A DNA stretch of 64,000 nt. It comes from Octopus sinensis (Eukaryota). Shown piece by piece: positions 35,933 through 48,897 of the stretch; the stretch's first letter is position 1, and every line of letters starts with the position of its first letter. The notes under the pieces were generated by a model. It was not told the DNA's origin and ran no database searches. It was given only the letters and a program-made list of their open reading frames with translations. Both the position numbers and the translations under genes were made by a program. The stretch is from NCBI RefSeq assembly GCF_006345805.1, contig NC_043004.1, forward strand, positions 79,236,001 to 79,300,000, read 5' to 3'.

Positions 35933-36544
35933 GTTTATTGCTTCTGACATTTTGAATACGATAAGTCTACGTTAACAATGCGTTCGAAGAAAATTTAGGC
36001 AATAGGTACATATGCATATTTCAAGAGTTATTGCGCTTTCATCAGCACCTCCCCCAATCCCTTAATGATCCACGAATGCATTGCTTAAATAGCCGCACTA
36101 AATTTAGCCGTGAAACACTATTGGAGAGACCATTTTTGCATATCAAACACATTCCTGGGGATTGGTATGTAAATATTAATTGGTAGCAAGAACGCAGTAT
36201 TTGCTTTTTCTACCATAATATATTTAAAGGTTTACATGTCTATACAGAGCCTTACTTCTTGTGCTAGCAGTGCAATGTTCTCATTTTTAAGTTTATTTCT
36301 ACAGATTTTCTATAACCCTGGAAGTTATATTTCGTAGAAGAAGGCTGGCCAACTCCTGTGAAACAGTCCAAACCAATATGGAAAAAAGGATGTTAAATGA
36401 TGATGATGATGATGATATGCATGTGTGTATATAAGTATGTATGTACATATTTATACATGTATGTATATTACGTATATTCGCCATTTTTTTATGTATATAC
36501 ATATTTATACATGTATGTATATTATGTTTATTAGCCATTTTTTT

Positions 36545-36905
36545 TCAGACTTGTGGTGATAAGGCGTCGACTGATTATGAAGCAGCCAAGAAATTCTTGG
36601 ATTAGTTTGCAGAGATATCTGTTGATAAAGAATTTAACAACAGAACGTATGTCTAATAGTGTTGAAACATCGATACTATGGCGTCTTTGCTCTAGGACAA
36701 AACAAAATAACTCTAGCTGATAGAGAGAGAGAGAGAGATCAACGTTAAGAGTTGAGGATACCAAACACAGATTTACTGTGCTTGGATGTGCTAATACAGC
36801 AGATATCCATAAGTGTAAACTTGCTGTGGTAGGCAAAAGCCTATGTCGTCACTGTTTTCAATATGTGGATGTGTTACTAGCGTACTATTTTGTTAACAAA
36901 CATAA
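36545..36905 (+). pseudogene. pogo/Tigger (CENP-B-like DDE) transposase remnant
   Basis: DYEAAKKFLD, ETSILWR, KHRFTVLGCANTADIHKCKLAVVGKS across stops and frameshifts. Confidence 0.75.
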
Positions 36906-37376
36906 AGACATACCAATATGTTTACAACAGCACTAGAGCAGTCATACCGCAATCTGTTACAAGGAACGTGCATAAATGTGCTAACGAGAACATATTCAAA
37001 GACAAACAAAAACAGATGTATTCCTCTGCGTTTACATCTGTGTTCCGACAGACAGACACGAGCTTATGGGATAATAAAAACTAAGACGATAGAAGCAGAC
37101 ATAGAAATGCTTTAAAGAGGTACTCACGGCATGAGGTACCTACGGCTATACCCCTATATTTTTATTCTTTTATTTGTTTCAGTCATTTGACTGTGGCCTT
37201 GCTGGAGCACCGCCTTGAAGGGTTTTCAGTCGAAGAAATCGACTCCAGGACTTATTCTTCGTAAGCTTAGTACTTATTCCATCGGTCTATTTTGCTGAAC
37301 CGCTAAGTTATGGGGGACGTAACACCAGCATCGGTTGTCAAGCGACAGCAGAGGGACAACACAGACACAAAGACAC

Positions 37377-37414
<38 letters not shown>

Positions 37415-37469
37415 TTATATATATACTTATATATATATACTTATATATATATACTTATATATATATACT

Positions 37470-37528
<59 letters not shown>

Positions 37529-37699
37529 TTTGATTTGATTTTTGATTTTTTAGTTTCAGCTCATGAGCTGTGGCCATGCTGGGGCACCGCCATATATATA
37601 TATATATATATATAGGTAAGCAAGCTACTAACCACACAGCCACTCCTACATATATATTTTTTTTCTCTGAGTTTTATTTAAGTTCTTCTTGAGAGAGTT

Positions 37700-38075
37700 C
37701 AAGCCATTCGCTAACAAAGTAACCAGACTTTTTTGCGTTAAGAGAGTTCCTGGTGTTTGTAAATATTGGTTGAGTTGGTGTGTTGGTTGAACAGTCGAAG
37801 CATACACCCAATTGTGTGCATTTATTCATCTAGATGGAGAATCTTTAGAATGTCTTACAGACCCCCACTGTGCCGCTGATAGATAGGATTTGGAGAATTC
37901 GTTTGCTCTTTCTTGGGAAAATCTAGTATTTCTAAATGTTTGTGTAAATTTGTAGCTTCGTAGCCAAAAGCACCGATGATGATGGGTGCTAATGAGAATT
38001 TATAGCCAGGGTATAAGAACTATAAGTTTCACATGAATTCACCATAAGTGTTCTCTTTTCTTTGAACTTTTGATG
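37700..38075 (-). mobile_element. 3' end of an RLE-endonuclease non-LTR retrotransposon (R2 group), diverged
   Basis: KENTYGE...LYPGYKFSLAPIIIGAFGY...SISGTVGVCKTF. Confidence 0.7.
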
Positions 38076-38079
38076 GTAT

Positions 38080-38330
38080 GTATGCGTGATTTTTTAATTA
38101 TTGTTAATCTTCCACTGAGGAGGGAGCCGGTTTCCTGCAAAGATATAAGGCTCCATCTTTGCGATGAAGTTAACATAGACAAATTCACATTTGGAACTTG
38201 AGAAAAGTCTTGCATATTTTTACTGTTCCACTCACAGATTGCACTTGTAATGTACGAATTAGCCAGTCGATTTCTCTTTCTGAAAATCCCAGTTTATCCA
38301 GATTCCCCTTTAAGCATTTACCAACAAAAC
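38080..38330 (-). mobile_element. Second 3' end of a related RLE-type LINE
   Basis: LGFVGKCLKGNLDKLGF...LQVQSVSGTVKICKTFLKFQM* plus a 3' UTR hairpin. Confidence 0.75.
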
Positions 38331-38933
38331 CTAATGTATGTATGTATGTATGTATTATGTATGAATATATGCATGTATGTATGGCACGTAAAAGCACCCA
38401 TTGCACTCTCAGAGTGATTGACGTTAGGAAGGGCATCCAGCCGTAGAAACTGTGTCAAACCAGACTGGAGTCTGGTGCAGCTTTCCGGTTTGCCAGACCT
38501 GGTCGAAACGTCCAACCCATGCCAGCATGGACAAAGGATATTAAATGATGATGATGACGATGATGATGATGATCTAACTGTAGTCTCCCAGTATTGTGTG
38601 TGTGTGTGTATTATAGATGCGTACATATAGAGATACAAACATGCATATCCATGCGTAAGTGGGAGTGCATGTATGTATGTATGTATGTATGTGCTTGTGT
38701 GTGTGTGTGTGTGTATGTGTGTGTGTGTGTGTGTGTGTAGGTACACTTAGCAAGGCAAGTGAAACAAAATTGCGACAACCAGGAATCAAAATCAGATTTC
38801 ACGGAAGATATTATGTCAGCACAGATGACCATACAGTTAGTAGTAGTAGTGTAGGTGGTGGTGGTGGTGGTGGTGGTAGTAGTGGGGTCGGGGTAGTAGT
38901 AGTGTAGGTGATGGTGGTAGTAGGGGGTTCGGG

Positions 38934-38964
<31 letters not shown>

Positions 38965-39303
38965 GTGGTGGTGGTGGTGGCGGTGGTGGCGGCGGCGGCG
39001 GCAGTGATGATGATTAATACAGCAATTGCCTGTTGATTAGGCTGTCTCCAAATTCAAACTAGATTAATTTCCCAAACAGTTCCCAACCCAGTTCTGGGTT
39101 TGAAATCCCATCCCCACAACAACCATCAGCCTGAAATGCAAGTGGCAGAATTTCTTGATGGTTGATAAAGAAGAAATCTGGAGAACACCTTCATTTTTCA
39201 CATTCTTTTACTTGAATCCCAGTTGGGAATCTTTCTCATAAATGGTAATGGTTAATGATAATTGACTCATTAATTAAGATATATATATATATATATATAA
39301 AAC

Positions 39304-39433
39304 TAATCACAGGACATACTAAGTACGTCTACCTGCTAGAAATAACAGTCAAAACTCTTATTAACTCGCCAAAAACTAAGAGTTTTGACTGTTATTTCCA
39401 GCAGGTTGACACACTTAGTATGACCTTTGATTA
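39304..39433. repeat. Foldback hairpin MITE, ~56-bp arms, 17-nt loop
   Basis: taatcacagg...aaaactctta mirrored by taagagtttt...cctttgatta. Confidence 0.85.
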
Positions 39434-39580
39434 ACTTTAATCCCTCGGCTATTTAATGCTATTTCTTGGCCTGCTATCGCCTGTGTCATTGATTTTGTTA
39501 TTATCATTTTTAAAATAGTTACATTGGATAATAATAGAATTAACGACACCTTCGTAAATTAATTTTTGGTATATATATAT

Positions 39581-39678
<98 letters not shown>

Positions 39679-40054
39679 TTTTGGATATTAAATGAAACAT
39701 TTTGAAACTTGTAATATATTTTAGCAAACACTTTTACTAGGATTTTTTTTTTAACCCTATAGCGTTCAGATTATTCAGTGAAATGTAATGCTTATTTATC
39801 CATGTTGCTTTCAATTAATCATCAATTATTCAAGATCTCGATGATGTAATTGCTTATTACGAGAATAACATTGTAGGGTAGACTCGTGGGGCAGGATCTC
39901 GCTGGTTTGGACATAAAACAGGTAAAATATTTTGATGTAGTATAATATGCTCGGGTTCATTCCCACTGTGTGACACCTTGTCTTCTAATATTGCCGCGGG
40001 CCGACCAACCTTGTGAGTGGATTTGGTAGACAGAAACTGAATGAAGCCCGTCAT

Positions 40055-40090
<36 letters not shown>

Positions 40091-40114
40091 TATATACATA
40101 CATACATACATACA

Positions 40115-40524
40115 TAGGCCGTTGCCAGCCTACCCTGGCTTCCATGTCAGTGGCACATAAAAACCACCAACCGATTGTGGCCGTTGCCAGCCTCCCCTGG
40201 CACCCATGCCGGTGGCTCGTAAAAAGCACCATCCGTACGTGGTCACTGCCAGCGCCACCTTGACTGGCTTCCGTGCCGGTGGCATGTAAAAAGCACCAAC
40301 CGATCATAGCCGTTGCCAGCCTCCCCTAGCACCTGTGCCGGTGGCACGTAAAAAGCACCCACTACACTCACAGAGTGGTTGGCATTAAGAAGGGCATCCA
40401 GCTGTAGAAACACTGCCAGATCAGATTGGAGCCTGGGGCAGCCTCCTGGCTTCCAAGACCCCGGTTGAACCATCTAACCCATGCTAGCATGGAAAACGGA
40501 TGTTAAACGATGATGATGATGATG

Positions 40525-40530
<6 letters not shown>
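40115..40530 (+). mobile_element. RTE 3'-UTR repeat family C; further copies at ~15850-16000, 38380-38575, 44460-44870(-), 46730-46850(-), 47115-47825(-), 50820-51235, 52990-53390(-), 54320-54890(-), 58490-58740
   Basis: Variable tandem gtgccggtggcacgtaaaaagcacc units + constant tail ending in (GAT)n. Confidence 0.85.
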
Positions 40531-40555
<25 letters not shown>

Positions 40556-40779
40556 TGTACGTATGTGTGTGTATATGTTTGTGTGTCAGTGTTTGTCCCC
40601 CACCTCAACATAGCTTGACAACCGTCTAAATGTATATATATATAAGTTCAGTAAAAATTTAGATTCAGTTGAATATGGTACTTAAGTTAAAGGCACCAGA
40701 ATTTGGTATGGTATTATCCATATAATTCAAAATGGGGTGATTATAATCAAAATAAGCAACAAGGATATCCAAAGGTAAT

Positions 40780-40865
40780 GCAGTACAATCGTTTCATACG
40801 ACTCCATTTAATTAAAAAATGCAAGTATTACATCAGTTTTAAAATGTAGAGCAATCTTCAGCTGC
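40780..40865 (-). ncRNA. Degenerate minimal hammerhead motif in a Penelope-type fragment (~40640-40900)
   Basis: GCAG-CTGAAGA-weak stem II-GAAA-CGATTG-TA-CTGC. Confidence 0.55.
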
Positions 40866-40899
40866 ATATAAATAAAGATTTAGTTAAATTAAAAAGATT

Positions 40900-41210
40900 C
40901 ATTTTTATAGTTATTCCATTTACCAACATCACAAAGAGAGTAAGTAGGTAGACAGGGAAACAAGTTTCATTCTTTTGAATGAAAAAAATATGAATTTTGT
41001 AGACGAGGTCAGAACAGCACTGGAGGAGTATTTTTCAGCATGGACAAGTGAATTTTGGAAGAGGGGCTTTGCAAATCTACCAAAGAGATGAAAGAGCATT
41101 GTAGAAAATGAAGGAGAGTATATTTAAGATCAAAAAAGAACTTTGCTTATTTTAATTTTGAAAAATAAAAGAAGCATAAAAAAACGCATTATTTATGGAT
41201 GACCCTATAT
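40900..41210 (+). mobile_element. Mariner 3' remnant
   Basis: DEVRTALEEYF...FWKRGFANLPKR*KSIVENEGEYI, then ttatggatgacccta-TA TIR-like end. Confidence 0.7.
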
Positions 41211-41318
41211 ATTATAAATATACATACATGCATGAATACACACATACATACATTATATACATACATATAATATATATATATATATACATACACATATATA
41301 TATGTATGTATATATACG

Positions 41319-41422
<104 letters not shown>

Positions 41423-41525
41423 ATATATATATAATTTTAATCCAAACGGGAAAACAAAAAAACAACAACAATGGAACAATTACAGTATTATTATTAATAG
41501 GCGCTCAGGAAATGGAAGCAGGAGG

Positions 41526-41560
41526 GTATGACGTTTCGAGCGGAGCTCTTCGTCGGAAAC
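41526..41560 (-). ncRNA. Variant minimal hammerhead motif in a Penelope-type fragment (~41440-42060)
   Basis: GTTT-CCGACGA-A-GAGC/GCTC-GAAA-CG-TC-ATAC. Confidence 0.5.
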
Positions 41561-42082
41561 ATAAAGAAGGAAGAGAGAGGAAAGAAAGATCCCAAAGCGG
41601 GCAACAGGGATAGAGAAAAAAAACGACTGGTGTTTACGAGTTACACATGGTGAAAGGCGGAAGTTTACGATAACAAGAGCAAAGTAGGTTTTTAAAGGCA
41701 AAAGAGTGGAGACAAGGCTGGTAACGCAACAGATGTGTGTGTATGTGTGAGTGTGTGCGTGTGCGTGTGTGTATGTGTGTGTGTGAGGCGAGATAAAAAA
41801 ACAAAAAATATATGTATGTGTTAGTGTGTGCGTCTGTGTGTAGGGGTGTGAGGTAGGGCGAGACAATGGTAGGCATAGCAAACACTGGTCAGTAGTAAGA
41901 AAAAGAAGGAAGGAGGAAGGGAGGGAGGGGAAGGGGTGGGGGCGTATGTAGCGTGCCAGCGTGTGTTGAGTAGTAGTGTGTGTGTGTGTCCAGTGTCGTG
42001 GTAGTATTAATGGCGAGTAGATTGAATGTGTGTAAGAGTAATGTATATATTTAAGCAATGTGTGTATCTGTGTGCGCGTGTG

Positions 42083-42131
<49 letters not shown>

Positions 42132-42429
42132 AGTAGTAATAGAACTAATCATGGCAGAACAGTTGGTTAGCCTGTAGCATATGCAGGAAGGAAATGAAAT
42201 TCGATAAAGTTTATTTATCCTTGTATCAAATACACTCTATCCCATATCAAAATCATAAAGTGATCTTGTTAAGATGACAAGTGCCGTGCAACTCCAGTGC
42301 AAAAGCAACTTATGTTGTTTGCTATGCACTAATTAAACGAGTGAGTGAAAGGAAGAGGAGAAGCAGTTATGCACAACATTTTTTTTAAAATGCATGGAAT
42401 TTGTGTTATGTAACATTAAAACTGTCACA

Positions 42430-42880
42430 TAATTTCATCCTACTCCTTATCTTCAGGTGCTTCCGCCTGATCTCCTGAAATCATTTTGTCATTTCATAAT
42501 ACAGATTCCATGAGCTGTTCAAAGTATTGCTGCCAACTGAATACTTCCTATGAAATTTGGTATTTGCAGCTTTCGAGGCCAGAATACCATTTTCTTTGAG
42601 ATGGCCCCAAGTGTACCAATTATAATGGGTACCACATTCACTTTAGGGGCTCTATGGATGCATTTCACTTGAAATATCACGTCTTGGTACTTCCTGACTT
42701 TCTCGTCCTCTTTCTTCATAATATTCTGGTCTGCAAGTATAGCTGCATTGATGGAAGTCCATCCTTTGGACTCCTTCATTAGGAGAGTGATATCTGATTG
42801 GTTATGTTGCAACTTCTGATCTGAGTATATTGGTATATTCTATGTGAGATTCACCTGACCATTCTCTGCTATTGACTGAG
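42430..42880 (-). mobile_element. RLE-type (R4/Dong-like) LINE endonuclease remnant
   Basis: HNQSDI...NIMKKEDEKVRKYQD...VVPIIIGTLGAI. Confidence 0.75.
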
Positions 42881-42895
42881 GTTAGTGCTCATACC

Positions 42896-43130
42896 TATTT
42901 CTTTACTATCCACAAGGGGCTAAACACAGAGAGGACAAACAAGGACAGACAAACGGATTAAGTTGATTATATCGACCCCAGTGCATAACTGGTACTTATT
43001 TAATCGACCCCGAAAGGATGAAAGGCAAAGTCGACCTCGATGGAATTTGAACTCAGAACGTAGTGGCAGACGAAATACCGCTAAGCATCTCGTCCAGTGT
43101 GCTAACATTTCTGCCAGCTTGCCGCCTTGA
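42896..43130 (-). mobile_element. Full-length SINE family A with 14-bp TSD
   Basis: TTAGTGCTCATACC at 42882-42895 and 43131-43144. Confidence 0.9.
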
Positions 43131-45882
43131 TTAGTGCTCATACCACATTCTAACTCATACTTTTTGCACACAATTATTATTATACTTTGAGCATATACTT
43201 TTGAGTTTCCAAAGCTGAGAGAGAGAGAGAGAAAGATGGAAAGAGGGCTCTTGCCCTAGGGGTTGTAGTACAATGCAGCAGCATCGTTGTCATAGTCATT
43301 GTCAGCATCATCATCATCATCATCATTTAACATCCTTCATCCATGCCAGCATGGATAAGACAGTTCGACAGGATCCAGTGAATAAGAATTCTGCATTGAG
43401 CTCCAGAGCATGTTTTGGTTTTGGCATGGTTTCTACAACTGGATTCCCTTCTTAATGCCAATCATTTCAGTCTGAAGACTATTTTTCTTGTTGCACCAGC
43501 ACAAGTGAGGTTACCACATAATTTGCAAGACAAAACAAGACCTTTTGAGTAAATGAGTGTAGTAGCAAGGGTGGTGTCTTTATGTCAAGTGTTGAAAGAT
43601 CACAGAATGACAGAGAAACAGGAATGGGTATCTTGCTGTAGAGGAGATACAGAGCTACCCAACATTATATAAGGGTGGATGGGAATAGCTGGAAAGGGAG
43701 ATAAAGATGGTGGCAATGAAACATTAGTGCATGCCCTTAAGGTGCAAGAAGAGGATCATAGGAGAGAATAGGAGAGGACTGGAGGGGGAGGAAGTATTTT
43801 GAAATTGTTCATAAGCCTTCCATTGTGGACAGAACTAAGAGAAAAGGTTTAGTTCTAAAACAAAGGTTTAAGTAAATAAATGATGATGAGGAGGAGGAGG
43901 AGGACCACCAACAGAGGAGCCCTTATGTGGACACTTGACCTACTAGACACAACAGTCAAATCACCTTCAAATAACACACAGCCATCTCAAAAAAAGTGAA
44001 GAGTCCATTGAATAATGTTTTTTTTCTTTCTTTTTAAACAAAGAGAAATGTTGTAATGAAATGGTTAATGTAATTCTTAGAAGTAATCAGCATGACAATG
44101 TGGGAATTACTGGTATAATCTATGGAACAGCCTTCCAAACAGTTTTCCCATTCTGTATTCATTCACAAGGCTTAGAACAGCCACAAGCCATGGTTAAAAT
44201 AAATACTTGCTAAGATAACCCACTGTGGAATTGATCCCAGGATCTCATGCTGAGTGGATACACTAAAGTTCCTTGTTCAAAAATATGAGGATGCAGACAG
44301 TGTGTCGATAGCCATCTGGAGACAATGTTTCCTGCAGCCAAATAACAGTAACATTCGTCCTAACAAGGACTAATACACTATGTTTCTCATTCAGAGATTT
44401 AGAAATAATAATTTTTCTATTTATTTCAACATTTTTTAAATATAATTCCTGATAATTTATCATCATCATCGTCATTGTTTAACGTCTGTTTTCCATGCTG
44501 GCATGTGTTAGACAGTTTGACTGAGGTCTGGGAAGCCAGAGGCTGCACCAGGCTCCAGTCTGATCTGGCAATGTTTCTACTGCTGGATGCCCTTTTTAAT
44601 GCCAACCACTCTGAGAGTGTAGTGGGTGCTTTTTATGTGCCACTGGCATAGGAGCCAGTCAGGCGAGCCTGGCATCGATCACGTTTGGATTGTGCTTTTT
44701 ACATGCCACCAGCATGGGCGCCAGTCAGGGGGCACTGGCATTGGCTACGTTTGGATGGGGCTTTTACATGCCACTGGTACAGGAGCCAGTTAGGGGACAC
44801 TGGCACAGGAGCTAGTTAGGGTGCACTGGTCACAGCTATGATATTGATTTTACTTGACTCAACAGGTCTTCTCGAGCATATAAGATTTTTTGACATGGAA
44901 TGGTTAGTGGGGTCTACTTGAGTAAAATAGGGAGCAAAAGGGTCCATGGGTAAAAAAAAATGGTTGCAAAACACTGGTGTAGACGAAATAGGTATACATA
45001 CAAAGAGGGATCAGCCTTTGGGTTTGAAAGGTGAAGACTGACAGATATTTTGGTAACCATTTCAAACGGTTGGGTGACATGAATCAATGCATTCTAGCTA
45101 GAAATACAAAGAAATGCCAGAAGCAAACTTGAAATTATGCCCCATAAGCAAGTAATTTAATATGAATCCATTTGGACAGCATGCCTCCCCAAGCAACCCA
45201 GCAAGGAGAGGGACTGCTAGAAATAGCAGTTATATATCTTCAAAATCACACCTTAACGTCTTTGAATAAAAAAGAGACATTTTGCATAAATAAGATCTTT
45301 GGTGCAGTGAGCCTGAGAATAAGATGGGATGGTCGTAACTGGATTGCTTTTTATCATAGCTCTACTCTGTCTATGTTGACCTGGGATTAATCTATAACAA
45401 CAACTATTCATCTAACATTTGGAAAACAAAACAAACAAAATTCTTTATCTCACCAAAGACTGATGTGATTACATGTGGATGTAATTACAATTAATTAGAA
45501 TAATATTGGCATTGACGAGAATTTTGTTCGTTTCTCATTAATTACTGAAATGGAACTATTTAATGTTTTCAGAATACCAAATTATCTTTAGTTATATGTT
45601 AAGATTGGTCTCTTTAGAATATATTCACAGAGCCAATATTTTGTACTGGAAGCAGACAGCACATAAGACTGAATACAGTCTCGTACATACACACACATAT
45701 AAAATGCTTACAGATGTGAGTTCAAATCCCACTGGTAGTCTTTGACTTTATTCCATTCAAAGGTTTTTTTTTTAACCGAATATTCTACATTGTTATTCAT
45801 AGCTTTAGCCACTGTTAAAAATTATTTACTTCATATTTCTTGAAGTTTCCAAATTCTTATCACACATGCACACATACATACA

Positions 45883-45914
<32 letters not shown>

Positions 45915-46055
45915 CACACACATATATACATACACATATACACATATATACACACATATACATATATGTGTGTGTATATATATACACACATATATACATA
46001 CACATATATATATATATATACACATATATATATACATACATATATATATATTTAT

Positions 46056-46163
46056 ATGAAGGGCATTACTACACATAAATGCCTCACACTATGAGGCACT
46101 CTTAAAGTCCCTCTTAAGATTCCCTCATAGCATGAGGCATTTATGTGTAGTAATGCCCTTCAT
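46056..46163. repeat. 108-nt hairpin with a perfect 31-bp outer stem
   Basis: 46056-46086 pairs with 46133-46163; inner 8-bp and 6-bp stems. Confidence 0.9.
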
Positions 46164-46275
46164 CATCATCATATAAATAAATATATTTAAAGGGAATAAT
46201 TATAATTTTCCCTTATGAGGTTTTTTTCACACTGACTACTTGATAAATTCTAATAAAGATTTTATCCTAATTTAA

Positions 46276-46314
<39 letters not shown>

Positions 46315-48235
46315 CATTATTAAATCTCAGAATGAGATTGAAACAGTAATCGCTCGATAATGTAAAGTATAGAAGCCATCTTAATATGGCTAACCACATA
46401 GGGGAGGGGGTGTTACTGTAGTTATATAGCCCCAGGAGATCGTCGTCTCCAGCTGGCTTTAGACACCATTTCAGTGCCCTTGAAGTATTTGCAAAAGGGA
46501 GGCCATCCCTTCCTCGCAAGCATGAGTGATATATATATATGTATATAGACATATATATATGTCTACATACATATGCATATATATATCTATATACAAATAT
46601 ATATCTATATACATATATATATCTATATACTTATATACATACATCTATATATGTATGCATGCATGTACAGACAGACACAGACATATATTTGATTCTGTTC
46701 CTTCTCTTCCACAATTGTTCTTCATCATTCATCATCATCATCGTTTAACGTCCGCTTTCCAGGCCAGCATGGGTTCGACGATTTTGACTGAGGGCAGGCG
46801 AACGGATGCCCTTCCTAACGCCAGCCACTCCGAGAGTGTAGTGGGTGCTTTGTCGCCCTAAATTAAGCATCTCTATTTACATTAGGGAAAACTTATTTTC
46901 ACTGAAGTGACCCTAATGAAGTGCTGCTAGCTGTTTTATTGAAGCCAGGAAAAACAAACAACAAAGTCAACCCCATCAAGCCATGAACTGTCAAAAACAT
47001 ACAACAAACACACAGATTTTCAACTGTTTTTTCCGATGATATCAACTTGATTGAAATAGATTTAGAAACCTGCAACTAATTGTTGCAAATATATTTAACG
47101 TGTTCTGTAACATCATCAGCATCATCGTTTAACGTCCGCTTTCCATGTTAGCATGGGTTGGACGATTTTGACTGAGAGCTGGCAAACCAGATGGCTGCAC
47201 CAGGCTCCAATCTTGATTTGGCAGTGTTTCTACAGCTGGATGCCCTTCCTAACGCCAACCACTCCGAGAGTGTAGTGGGTGCTTTTTACGTGCCACCGGC
47301 ACGGGGCCAGTCAGGCGGTACTGGCAACGACCTTGCTCGAATCTTTTTACATGTGCCACCAGCACAGGTGACACGTATTCTATTTAGTTTGGACAGATGA
47401 GGGCATGGCATGTGTCTTTTGCTTTTTACTTGTTCCAGTGATTTGACTGAAGGGGTTTAGCCAAACAAGTGAATCCCAGAACATTTTGTAAGCCTAGTAC
47501 TCATTCTGTTGATCTCTTTGCCAAACTACTAAGTTACAGGGATGTAAACACATCAACCTGCACAGGAGCCAGTCCAGCGGCACTGGCAATGACCTCGCTT
47601 GAATGTTTTTTCACGTGCCACTGGCACAAGTGCCAGTAAGGCGACGCTGGTAATGATCACACTTAAATGGTGCTTTTTACGTGCCACCAGCATGGAAGCC
47701 AGTTAACTGCTCTGGCAACGATCACGCTCAGATGGTGCTCTTAGCACTCCACTAGCACAGATGCCAGTCATCGAATTTATATTTCGATTTCGATTTCACT
47801 TGCCTCAACAGGTCTTTTCAAGCAGAGTTTAGTGTCCAATGAAGGAAAGGTACACATAAGTGGGCTGGTTACACCCCTGGCATAAGCCACAAGGTTATGG
47901 TCTCACTTGGATTGCCAGGTCTTCTCTACATATGTGTATGTATATATGTGTGTGTGTGTGTATATTATACACACATATGTATGTAGTGAATGATGGCTCA
48001 TTCCCGCCAGTGTCATTGGTTTGTAATCCACCAGGAAAGGAGAATCAGGCTTCGTGACATGTTGGACAATCTTTGTAATGAAAACACTCATCAAACCGTA
48101 TCACTCGTTTCCAGTTCCTCACACAAAATATTTCCAAGCTGTCAGTTTTCCAAATCTGGGAGATTACCAAACTCATTTGGAAACAACTGAGTGCTGACGA
48201 CAGGAACGGCATCTGGCAATACAAGTAGACATCAA

Positions 48236-48385
48236 AACAACAACAACAATGATGAAAACAACAAAGATGAAGATGATGAAGATGAGGATGATGAAGATGA
48301 TGATGGTGAACATGATGATGATGAAGATGATGAAGATGAAGATGATGATGAAGAAGACGATGATGACAACAACGATGATGATGAT
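48236..48385. repeat. (AAC)n/(GAT,GAA)n trinucleotide repeat
   Basis: Directly visible; source of the acidic ORF 48191-48505. Confidence 0.9.
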
Positions 48386-48594
48386 TTGTTTTGTGAAAAT
48401 TCTTTTCCATTGTTGCCAGTTGTTTACTTCTGCAACCCTTACAGACGGAAGAAAAACCAAAATTTTGTTTATTATCTCAGCAACAACAGATGTCAAAGAT
48501 TTTAAAATCTTGGTTTACTTTCATTAAAACAAAAAATAAAAACAAGGAATACAAAAAACACCAATAGCATTTTGGGATTTTTTTTATTTTTAAT

Positions 48595-48600
48595 TTTATT
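48595..48600 (-). terminator. Probable MRPL13 polyadenylation signal AATAAA
   Basis: tttatt on + at 48595-48600 (second copy 48583-48588), just 3' of the stop codon. Confidence 0.6.
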
Positions 48601-48656
48601 AAAAACTATGAACACAAATGAATTTTACAAAGTGACGCTGAAAAGTCTGCGGGTCC

Positions 48657-48699
48657 TTAAGCTTTTTGATCACGTTCCTCGTAAGCGTAATCCGATGGC
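48657..48699 (-). CDS. MRPL13: MRPL13 terminal coding exon (W-PSDYAYEERDQKA*)
   Basis: Strong acceptor ttttgtttctttatcattgcag; first G completes TGG; P-x-DY resembles human PEDY; TAA stop; AATAAA ~60 nt downstream. Confidence 0.85.
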
Positions 48700-48866
48700 C
48701 TGCAATGATAAAGAAACAAAATAATTAGTCATGACAAACATTCTGCTTCAGTTTTGAGAATATAAACATACATTCGGTGTTAAGATTCTGTGCATTACAC
48801 ATAAAATGCATTTTGTGATATGCTGTAGGCATACAATTACACATATGTACAGATATACATACTAAA

Positions 48867-48897
<31 letters not shown>

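Noticed and set aside
48191-48505. Highly acidic 104-aa ORF
   Set aside because: Produced by a GAT/GAA/AAC repeat with a TTG/GTG-type start; kept only as a weak possibility under the convergent-transcript finding
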